From Fonticula alba ATCC 38817 (lineage: Eukaryota; Protista; Nucleariida), in the NCBI GenBank assembly GCA_000388065.2, contig KB932217.1: DNA of 36,304 nucleotides, one strand, 5' to 3'. The notes beneath the pieces are model-generated. The model was given only the letters and a program-made list of their open reading frames with translations. It had not been told where the DNA came from and did not search any database. Made by a program: the position numbers and the translations under genes. Positions within the stretch are counted from its first letter, which is position 1; each line of letters starts with the position of its first letter. Shown here one piece after another: positions 1-8,849 of the stretch.

Positions 1-1293
1 GGGGAGCGACCGCGGTGGCGGTCCATCGACCTGCCCCGGGAGGAGCCGTTCGCGCCGTCGCGCGTGCATTACTCCATCGCCCGGAGCACCGACTCGGGCC
101 TGCGGGGCCTGACCCTGGCGGATCCGCTGTGCACCTGGGACACTGTCATCAACATGTGCCCCAGCCGGCTGCAGGTGGTCTTCCTGGCGGAGGGGCCCAT
201 GGTGCAGGACCTGTCCAGGGTGGCATTCATGCATATGGAGATCTCCTTCCCGGGCCCGGTGGCCGGCGATTACGAGCAGTACCGGGCCAAGGTGCGGCAC
301 TTTCTGACCGAGCATCGCGGCATTGTCCGGAGGGTGCGTCCTGCCCTGTCCGGTGCTTCTCCCCTCTCAGGGGGGAGGGGCCCTGGGTGTGGCGTGGCCT
401 GGCGCGGGGGGCCGGCGCTTGCCGGAGGCGCCGGGCGCGGCGGCCGGCTCGCAAAGGCCCAGGGGGGGGGGCGCCGGCCCTCGACCGGTGGCGGCGCGGT
501 GGCTGACGCGGCCTTTCCTTCCGGCCGGCGGGTGCGGCCGGCCAGGACTCGCTGGTTGGCGACATCGAGGGGCACGGCATCATCATGATGAGGGTGAAGC
601 GCATGTGGGACGGCCGGTGGCGCGGCACCTCGGCCGGCTTGTACTCCGGCCTGACCGAGGTGCTGGTCACCTGTGCCCAGGGCCCGCTGGAGGGGTCGCC
701 GAAGGTTGTCCTGCTCGGCGGCCGGGCCGGGCCCGTGCCCTGGGGCATCCCCCTGCGGGTGTTCCGCGGGGCACAGCAGCATGACGATGTGGTCATGCCG
801 ATGTGCACCGGCATGCAGCTCTCCCGCGACCCGGGGGCCATTGCCGCCCTGAGGGTGGAGCTTCTGGGCAGCTGGCTGCCAGTGGTCAGGTACGAGGCTG
901 TGTCACGCGGGGGCGGGGGTGCGAGCGGGCCGACCATCCTGACCGCCGTGGCGTCTGTCCATCCATCTGTCTGTCTCGACGTGTGCGTCGGGCGGGGGGG
1001 AACCGCGCTTCCATCCGCCCCCCGCCCTTTTTTTCCCCGGCGTGTCCTGCCGCAGCGGCGAGCCACCGGGGTGCCATGTGCACGGCCGGCCGGGGGGCGG
1101 TGTCCCCTCGCAGGCCGGCCACCCGGCCAGGGACGCGAAGAGGCGTGTGGCGAATGGCTGCTTCCCGCCGAGCCTGGCCCTGAGGCCCGCCCTGTTTGAC
1201 GCCGTCTTCCCGGATGCCGGCGCATCTCTGGTGGAGGCCCCCTGCAATCTGAGGTACCTCGAGGAGGCGGGGTCCTTCGCGACCGTGGAGTAG
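1..1293 (+). CDS. 5'-partial spliced hypothetical protein; exons <1-333, 546-889, 1056-1293 (alternative last acceptor at 1131)
   Basis: Frame 1 is open from base 1 (GERPRWRSIDLPREEPFAPSRVHYSIARS...EHRGIVRR). Donor AGG|GTGCGT at 334; branch GCTGAC ~502; acceptor GCCAG at 545 gives the phase-0 join to DSLVGDIEGHGIIMMRVKRMWDG. Donor CAG|GTACGA at 890 (phase 2) matches acceptor GCAG at 1055; TAG at 1291-1293. No recognisable family. Confidence 0.75.
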
Positions 1294-3930
1294 TTCCGAC
1301 GGGGGGCGGGGATGGGCCGCGCACGTGGCGCGGCGTTTGCCCGCCGGGGCGGTGGCTGCCCCCCCTTTGAGTATGTCGAATGCAAGCCGGTCGTTCGGGA
1401 ATGCGTCGTGTTGTCGCGTGCGCGCTGGCGAGTGCGGGCCTCCGTCAGGCGGGGCTTTTTTCCTTTCGCCAGGGCGAGGAGGATCTCTCTCCCGCGCAAC
1501 TCCGAGGTTTTTCTTGCCGGTGCAATCAGGGCGGCGGGCGTCGGCGCCCGCCAGTCGGCGCAGGGGCCACTTCCCCCGGGGGTGCGGCCGCAGGCAGGGG
1601 AGGGCCGCAGGCCGGGGCCGCCGGCAGCGTGGGCGAAGCTGGCCCCTGGTCGTGCGCGGGGAGGGGACCTGGCGCCGGGCCGAGACGCGGTCCCTCCCGC
1701 CGGCGGCCCCGGCACGCTGGGGCTCCCCGCGCCCAGGACGGAGGCAGTCCACGCAGAGGATCCAGACCGCGGGCGGCGCTGGGTGCCCCCCCCCCCCCCT
1801 CCCGGTCCGCGGCATCCTGTTGAGGGAGGGCGCCAGGGGGCGCATGCCTGCCCACACGGGCATCTCGAGCCCCGGGTGCGGGGAGCCGCTCGGGCGCGCG
1901 GCGGGCGCCCTGGGCCGATGTGCCGGCTCGGCCGACGCGAGGAGCACTGCACCCGCCGGCGCGGTCGGCCGCGCGTCGACATGGCAAGGGTGGGTTCCCT
2001 GCCCTGGCATCCTTTTGACTTGCAGCCGGGATCGCCGATGTTGGAGGCGGCCGGGCAGCCGGCGCGGGTGGATTGCCACGGTTCGCGGCCGAGGCCGAGG
2101 AGTGTCTTGGAGCCATGGCGGGGGCCGTGGTGCTGCATGCGCCGGGCATGTGCGGCCAGGCGGGGCGTGCACCTGCGCCAGGCGCCCGGGTGGCGAGGCC
2201 GCGGCCCAGGCGCTTTCGCCGGCGCTCGATGGGAGGGAGCGGGGCAGCCCCCCCCCCCAGCTCGGGGGAAGTCGGCGCGCCGGTGGCTGCCCTCCGGGGT
2301 GATGCGCGTCGTGCGGCGCGACCCCGGCGGACGTGGCCGGGTCCCGACGGCCCGGCCATGCGGAGGTGAAAATGGCGGCCTCTGGCCGGGGCATGCGCAT
2401 GGCCGAGCCGGCTCTCGTGCCTGGCAGGGCCGGGGGCGACGGGCGATGTGCGGGCCTGGCCCCGGTGGGGATGGTTGACGACGGTGCCCAGGGCGCGGCA
2501 GAGCGTGGTCCTTTGGCGGGGGGCCTTGTGTGGATCCCTCGGGCCCGGGCGCGGCGGCGGGGACGGCACACGTTTTTCATCCGCGACGGAGCCCTCAGTG
2601 TGGGCACCCAGCGAGGGGGACCATCGCCGGGCGTGGTGTCGGGCCGACCACCCTTGGGGCCTTCGGCGGACGACTCCCCGGAGGTGGGTGCCCTGCTCCC
2701 CGTGCCCCTCGATCAGCCGCGCGTCCGGCGGGCACCGGCGCAGGGGCACCATGCCTCTCGGCCCGAGGGGTCCCCGTGGTCGGCGTGCTCGGGCAAGGGG
2801 GGGGGGGGGAGGCACGTGCGCGTGTGCGGAGGGCCCGCAGGAGGGGCCAGCTTCGGCGCCGGGCCGCCCGGCCAAGCCCTGGCAGGCTGCCCGCCCCGGC
2901 ACTGGCTCCCCCGGGGGAGGCCAGCTCCTGTCGGGGCGCGCGTGTGCGCGCCGCAGGGGCCCCGGGCACGGCTGCCGGGCCATCGGTCCGCGTGCCGGGG
3001 ACACACGCGCCGGGAGCCCGCGGCCGGTCGCGCCCCGCCCGGCGGCCAGTGGCCGTTCCCCGGCCGGATGCGCCGAGTCGAGACCGAGTTCTGCATATGC
3101 AGAATCCCCGGGGCGAACATCGGCCTGTGTCTGGAGAGGACGAGGCACCGCCGGGCGGGCGCGCCCCGCCTGTGGGCTAAGTGCCCTCCGCCGGGTGGGC
3201 GCGCCCAGGATGCGCAGGGCCGGGCCGAGGGGCGGGATGACAGCCGGACGGAGGGGCGGGCGCGAGAGCGGAAGGGGGGCATGGGTCGGCGGGAGGTGTA
3301 TCCACGCCCCCCCCCCCCCCCCGGGGGGGGGGAGAGGGACAGCACCGGCATCCTGGTGCCGTGCTCCAGGAAGGGGGGGCCCGAGAGGTTGCCTATCCTC
3401 CCGTCCCCCTGGAATCCAGGCTACCCTCGAGCAGGGCTGGCGGTTGCCGGCTCGCGGGCCGGGGCGCCCTCTTCGACCCACGCGGGTGCGTGCCGCCGGG
3501 CCGCGGTGTTGTCGGGCGCCGCCTTTGACAGCGCGGTGCCCGGGGGCGATGGGGCCTTCCATTCGGGGCATTTTCTTGTCGGGACCAATGTTGGCAGGCA
3601 TGGGTGCTCTGGTGAATGGGCTGCATGTGCAATGGCGGCAGCCGCCGGCCGAGAGCGCCACCGGTCCGGCGGCCGTGTGCCGGGCAGTTGGCAATGCCGC
3701 GGCCTGGTCCGGCCGGCGGTGTGGACGGCGCGCATGGGCCCGCGAGAATCGGCGCATCCGCGAGGAGGGGGCTGTGCCCGGGCCGGGGCGCCTTGGGCCC
3801 GTGTGCCGGCCGGTGCGTGTGCAGTACGGCCCGCTGGCCGGCATGTCCGTGTAATGTCGAGAGTGCTGGCCGATGTGTCCATTTGTGTGGAGGGTGCCGG
3901 CCCCTGGTGCGCCCGGCGGCCGGCAGGTGG

Positions 3931-3938
3931 CTTTAAAT
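3931..3938 (+). promoter_or_regulatory. Candidate TATA-like element (CTTTAAAT) upstream of paralog A
   Basis: AT island 184 bp before ATG 4115, followed by CT and CA tracts. Inference. Confidence 0.35.
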
Positions 3939-4114
3939 GGCGGCATCCCTGCATGCCCTCCCCCCCCGGCCGAAGGGGGGACCACATCCCCGACCTTTGT
4001 TGCCTCGCAGGCTCTCTCTCTCTCCCTCTTTGCATTCCCCTCCGAAACGAGCGCACTCACATCCACGAAAGGACACACACACACATACACACGCACAGCG
4101 ACCAGGCAGCCACC

Positions 4115-7100
4115 ATGACCCCCGACGCCAGCAGGCAGGGCAGCAGGACGCCGGCGGCACCGCCGGCCCTGCTGCTGAGCCTGGGGCCGCTGCTGTTGCT
4201 GGCGGCCCTGCTCGGCGGGGGGGCGGCCCCCGCGCGGGGGCAGGCCCCCACGTCGGATGTCTTCCTGCACGCCACCTGGCATGCGGGGTTCAGGCCGGAG
4301 TCGTTCGGGCCGGCGGTCACCCTGCCCGGGGCGCCGTCCTACCTGGTGGACAACTACCTGCAGAATGGCAACATGTACGTGCAGAATACCTCGCTGAAGG
4401 AGGTGGAGGAGGTCCGCTTCGGCGGGCACTTCACGCGGTATTGGGGCTTCGCCCCGCGGACGACCATCCCGGCCGGGGTGACCCCCCGGTGGATGGGGCT
4501 GGCGCTGGCCGGGCACGACCGCCCGGTGGGGGTCCTGCACTCGGACCAGTGGGCCGTGCTCTTCACCGAGAGGGACCAGCGACACTTCCCGGTGAAGCCG
4601 GTGAGCCTGCTGGCCGGCCGGGCGGTGGCCGCCAACCGGGTGGACCTGCTGGGGCTGGTGGAGCCGCCGGCCGGGCCGCGGGAGGTCCACCTGTGGGAGC
4701 TGACCGAGGCCAGCCTGCTGCGGGTGCCCTTCGGCGTGCCGGTGGCCGGGGGCGAGTCGGCCCACGCGTGCCCCGGGCCCGGCCGGGCATTCTACCTGTC
4801 GGTGGGGCAGACCCTGCAGCATGTGAGCCATGCGGGGGTGGCCGGCGGCCCGGCCAGCGTCCAGGCCATCCCCCTGCCGGCGGGTATGGGGGCCATCCGG
4901 CAGCTGGCCGTCACGCGGCTGGTGGCCGATGCCGGCCACTGCCCCGGGGCCGGGGATGTGGTGCTCCTGCTGGACAGCGACCAGGTGCATGTGATCCCGT
5001 GTGCGGGGGCCGCGGCGCCGGCCGCCGGGCTGCCCTTCACGGCGTCGCTGCCGGCCGCGGCGTCGGCCGCCACCGGGCGCCTGGTCGTCCCGCCGGAGGC
5101 CGCGGCCCTGGACCAGGCGTATGGCTTCCTGTACTTCCTGCAGCCGGGCCCGGGCCCGGCCGGGGCGCCGATGCAGCTGTGGCGGGCCGGGGTCCAGGCC
5201 GGCGGGCTTGCCTGGCGGCGGCTGGTCCTGCCCCCCGGGCACGCGGCGCCCGGGCACCTGCAGCTGGTTCGCCTGCGGCTGAACCGGGCCCAGGACCAGG
5301 TCGGCGAGTGGGCCCTCATGGCCGACAAGGACCTGCTGCTGGAGTCCGAGCGCTTTGGCTGCGACACCGATGGCAGCATCGTGTGTGACGGCCCGGCCGG
5401 GGTGACCGGCTCCGCGCGGGGGTGGGCCTGCGCCCCGGGCCGGGTGCTGTCGCCGTTCGTGGCCCCGGGGCAACTGTGCGCCGACTGCGCCGAAGAGCAC
5501 TACCTCGACCGGCCGGAAGGTGCGCATGGCCCGGCGCGCGGGGCGGGGATGAGGGGGGGCGGGGCGGGGATGAGGGGGGGCGGGGCGGCCGGAGGGGGGC
5601 GGGACCGCTCTGCCGTTCATCGGTGCTGGTGTTCTGGCCGGAGGGGCGGGACCGCTCTGCCGTTCAGCGGTGCTGGTGTTCTGGCCGCAGGGGGGCGGGG
5701 CCGCTCTGCCGTTCAGCGGTGCTGGTGTTCTGGCCGCAGGGAGGGACCGCTTTGCCGTTCATCGGTGCTGACGCTCTGGCCGGGGGGCACACCTTGGCCG
5801 ACAGCCGAGCCGCCCTTCTCCGCGCCCGGCCACACGTGCCGGCCCTGCGCCGACAGCATGTGCCAAGTGTGCGATGCCCATGATTGCCTGGTGTGCAAGG
5901 GGGCGCTGCTGCTGCAGCCGACCGGCCCGGGCGGCGGCATGGCCTGCGTGGGGGCCTGCTCCGGGGGCTTCACCCGGCAGGGGGGTGTCTGCCTGCCGGC
6001 GGCCACGCGCCTGGACGTGGCCCACATGGCGGCCGCCGGGGGGGAGGTCCTGCCGGGGCCGGTGTCGGCGGCCGAGGTGACCGGCATCGGGGCCACCCGG
6101 CTCGGGGTGGACCCGGCCACCGGGCTGCCGGTCATCCCGCCGGTGGGCACCGAGCCGCGGAATGTCCTGCTCTTTGCCGGGGCCGGGGCCGACCCGGTGG
6201 TCATGCGGCTGGAGGACATCGGCCGGCCGGGGAAGCCGGCCCCGGTGCCGGTGCGGCTCTTCACCGCGACCCCCGGGCCGCAGGTGCTGGCCATGACGGA
6301 GCTCGGGCCGATGCTGGACTCGGCCGGCCAGCTGGTCATGGGGATCGTGGTCATGCAGGAGTCCGGCTGGGTGATGGTCACCTGGCTGTCGTGCCAGCCG
6401 CCGGCCCCGGGGGAGGGGTGCACCGTGGCCGGGCCCGGGACGCCGGGCTTCTTCACGTCGCACATGCTGCCGCTGGCCCAGCGCCTGGGCGAGCGCCACT
6501 TCATGCTGATGGACGACTACCTGATGACGTCGATTATTCAGGCGGACCCGGACGCCCGGACGCTGGACTACAATTGGCACCAGGCGTCGGATGTGCTGCC
6601 GGTGCCCGGCGAGTGGGTGGTGCAGGTGCTGGGCAAGAACCATGTCGGGGTCGGGCCCTTGGACTTGGTGGCCCGGGATGACCCGCGGTGGTGGTGGACC
6701 GCCGGCGGGGAGGCCCTGCTGCCGGCGGCCAGCTGGCCGGACGACCAGTACCGGGCGGTTCTCCTCCCCCGGGGCCCGGAGGGGGCCCCCGGCCCGGGGC
6801 CGGAGCTGGTCCTGGTGGAGGACACCGCGGCCCATGCGTGGGATGTCGTCCGGATGCCGGGGAGCCTGGCGCCGGTGGCCGGCACCCGGACGCACGGCGG
6901 GCGGACCGTGCGACAGAGGCTCGGCATGCTGCCGGACCGGCCGCGGCTGGGGGCCGAGGATGCGCCGGACGCGCGGGTCTTCGGGGTCCGGCTGGCCGGC
7001 GGGTCGGCCGAGTACCCGAGCGCCCTGGTGCTGCTGTCGCGCAAGTATGTGGCCGTGTCGGTGCTGTGGTGCCGGCCTGGCGGCCGGGCCGCGGCGTGCG

Positions 7101-7702
7101 TCCTGCTGCCGGCGGTCCGGGCCGACCTGCCGGTGGAGCTCCGACTCCCGAGCACCGGGCCCCTGTGGGCGGAGCCGGTGGTCCACACGCCGGCCGGCCC
7201 GTCGGCCCATGCCCCGGGGCTGCTGGTCAGTGTGCTGACCTACGCCAAGACCATGGGGCCGGTGTATGTGCGGCTGCGGGCCACCTGCCCGCCGGGCACC
7301 GTCGGCCTGGGGTGCCGGGCGTGCGACGCCGGGTGCGCCGAGTGCTGGGCCCCGGCCGACCCGGCGGCCTGCACGGCCTGCCCGCCGGGGCACTTCCTGG
7401 CGGCCGAGGGGGGCACCTGCGCGGGCACCTGCGCGGCCGGCACCATGCCCGGGTCCGGGCCCGACGCCGGGGCATGTGTGCCCTGCCCGCCGGGGACCGC
7501 CGGCCCGGGCTGCCAGCCATGCCACCCGACGTGCATGCTGTGCTCGGCCCCGGGGGATCCGGCGGCCTGCACCGGCTGCCCGCCCGGCCGGCTGATGACC
7601 CCCGGGGGCGCTTGCATGGAGCTGTGCACCGGCGGCACCATGCCCGGGTTCGGAGCCAGCGAGGGCAGCTGCGTGCCCTGCCCGGCCAGCTGCCTCGCCT
7701 AG
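4115..7702 (+). CDS. Paralog A: secreted Cys-rich protein (signal peptide, two unassigned beta-rich domains, furin-like Cys repeats), ~1100 aa; exons 4115-5519, 5805-7702; no TM, no kinase
   Basis: ATG in CACCATG context; hydrophobic leader LLLSLGPLLLLAALLGGGAAPARG|Q. Donor AAG|GTGCGC at 5520; branch GCTGAC 5767-5772; acceptor GACAG at 5804. The phase-1 join YLDRPE|AEPPF matches paralogs B and C. CxxCxxxCxxC repeats from 7286; TAG at 7700-7702. Confidence 0.88.
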   Translation: MTPDASRQGSRTPAAPPALLLSLGPLLLLAALLGGGAAPARGQAPTSDVFLHATWHAGFRPESFGPAVTLPGAPSYLVDNYLQNGNMYVQNTSLKEVEEVRFGGHFTRYWGFAPRTTIPAGVTPRWMGLALAGHDRPVGVLHSDQWAVLFTERDQRHFPVKPVSLLAGRAVAANRVDLLGLVEPPAGPREVHLWELTEASLLRVPFGVPVAGGESAHACPGPGRAFYLSVGQTLQHVSHAGVAGGPASVQAIPLPAGMGAIRQLAVTRLVADAGHCPGAGDVVLLLDSDQVHVIPCAGAAAPAAGLPFTASLPAAASAATGRLVVPPEAAALDQAYGFLYFLQPGPGPAGAPMQLWRAGVQAGGLAWRRLVLPPGHAAPGHLQLVRLRLNRAQDQVGEWALMADKDLLLESERFGCDTDGSIVCDGPAGVTGSARGWACAPGRVLSPFVAPGQLCADCAEEHYLDRPEGAHGPARGAGMRGGGAGMRGGGAAGGGRDRSAVHRCWCSGRRGGTALPFSGAGVLAAGGRGRSAVQRCWCSGRREGPLCRSSVLTLWPGGTPWPTAEPPFSAPGHTCRPCADSMCQVCDAHDCLVCKGALLLQPTGPGGGMACVGACSGGFTRQGGVCLPAATRLDVAHMAAAGGEVLPGPVSAAEVTGIGATRLGVDPATGLPVIPPVGTEPRNVLLFAGAGADPVVMRLEDIGRPGKPAPVPVRLFTATPGPQVLAMTELGPMLDSAGQLVMGIVVMQESGWVMVTWLSCQPPAPGEGCTVAGPGTPGFFTSHMLPLAQRLGERHFMLMDDYLMTSIIQADPDARTLDYNWHQASDVLPVPGEWVVQVLGKNHVGVGPLDLVARDDPRWWWTAGGEALLPAASWPDDQYRAVLLPRGPEGAPGPGPELVLVEDTAAHAWDVVRMPGSLAPVAGTRTHGGRTVRQRLGMLPDRPRLGAEDAPDARVFGVRLAGGSAEYPSALVLLSRKYVAVSVLWCRPGGRAAACVLLPAVRADLPVELRLPSTGPLWAEPVVHTPAGPSAHAPGLLVSVLTYAKTMGPVYVRLRATCPPGTVGLGCRACDAGCAECWAPADPAACTACPPGHFLAAEGGTCAGTCAAGTMPGSGPDAGACVPCPPGTAGPGCQPCHPTCMLCSAPGDPAACTGCPPGRLMTPGGACMELCTGGTMPGFGASEGSCVPCPASCLA
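5520..5804 (+). other. Spliceosomal intron of paralog A (285 nt, phase 1, in-frame and stop-free)
   Basis: GT...AG with a CTGAC branch site. Its translation is repetitive and absent from paralogs B and C, which splice at the same codon. Confidence 0.85.
5597..5785 (+). repeat. Four tandem 46-49 bp units (consensus GGGACCGCTCTGCCGTTCAGCGGTGCTGGTGTTCTGGCCGCAG), preceded by a 2x 21-bp G-rich unit at ~5540-5585
   Basis: Unit anchors at 5604, 5651, 5700 and 5746, read directly. Confidence 0.9.
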
Positions 7703-7795
7703 GCCGGCGACCGGATCGCCCCCGGCGTGCTGCCGGGGCGGAGAGGGCATGTGTGCATAGGCCGCCGCCTGAGACGAGGCCGCGCTGGAGCGAGG

Positions 7796-7816
7796 GAGAG
7801 AGAGAGAGAGAGAGAG
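7796..7816. repeat. (GA)n microsatellite
   Basis: Direct reading. Confidence 0.95.
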
Positions 7817-8849
7817 CGAGAACCGTGGGTGCCTTTTGGCTGGCTGTGACCGGGGCGCCGCGGGCCGCCGGAAAGGATGCCGATCCAGCGGGCCCGTGCC
7901 CCACGCCAGGGGGATATGTGGCCACAGGCGGTAGCATGCTGTGGCCGAGCTCGGCGTGTGGTGGCGGCGTGCGGGGGGCATTTCCCGCGCACACGGTGCG
8001 CAGCGGGCACCCCCAGCCAGCCGACGGCCCCCTGCCCGAGAGCGAGAGTGCGCCGCCCGCCGCGCCGGGCCCTGTGGAGTGGCAATAAAACAGGGCGCAA
8101 AAAAAGCGGCAGAGAGGAAGTGCATGCCGGCAAGGCGCCGCCCGCGGGCCCGGATCCGGCGCTGCAAGAAAAAGGCACCACGGGCACGCTTCCCGGCTGG
8201 GAGGCTGGGAGGGGAGGAGGGGTCACAACCGGGCTGGATGGGTGGTGCGGAGGGGGATCCGAGGCGCGGGGTGCGCACACGGGCGGGGCGCGGCCCTCTC
8301 GACGCGCTGGCACGCGTCGGCAGCGTGGCCCAATGTGTCGGGCCGGGGGGGCCCGATCGGGAGTCAGGCGCCGCCAGCGGCGGGTCACATGCGGCCATTG
8401 TGGGGCTGGCTTGGGCGGTGCTTGTGGGTGGCTCGCATGCCCGGCGCCTGCGGGGAGCGATACGCCCGGGGGGGGGGGCCGGCCAGGGGCCGGAGCTTGG
8501 CCGGTGATTTTTGAGTGGTTTTTGGGCGCCAGGTGTGCGCCGGCCATGGGGCCCGGGGGAAAGGGGAATGTCAACTGCGGTGCTCTTCGCACGGGTTTCC
8601 ACACAGGGAGGGAGCTCTGTGACAGAGGGGCGAGCACAAGGTGGAACAACCAAAGGAGCAAGCCATCGTGTTTATTTCCTCGGCACAGGTGGCGCATGCA
8701 CGCATGAGCGAGGGGAGAGGAGCAACCGGGAGGGGACCCGGGCCACGGCCAGGGCGATCTCCCAATGACCTGCCATCCGGAGGGGCACGTTTGTCACGCG
8801 CCCGTGGCCGAAGAGAGGGAGGCGGCAGCCGGCTGGAGGGTGACATTGG

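Noticed and set aside
334-370. A 37-nt intron ending at CTCTCAG 370 in the first gene
   Set aside because: The downstream frame is GC-rich junk. The acceptor at 545 has a branch site and joins a protein-like exon in phase.
2333-4114. N-terminal 594 codons of the 1789-aa ORF 2333-7702
   Set aside because: Low-complexity translation that runs through CT and CA microsatellites. The signal peptide and paralog alignment begin at ATG 4115.
1526-5620. Very long minus-strand ORFs (1526-5620, 5759-8653, 14313-16604, 14084-15361, 25365-28415, 25960-27969)
   Set aside because: They are Pro/Arg/Gly/Ala-rich antisense shadows of real plus-strand genes. Stops are rare at this GC content, and no domains are evident.
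5597-5785. 46-49 bp repeats (and the 12-, 14- and 10-bp arrays) as CRISPR arrays
   Set aside because: The units are head-to-tail with no unique spacers, there are no cas genes, and the DNA is intron-containing eukaryotic sequence.
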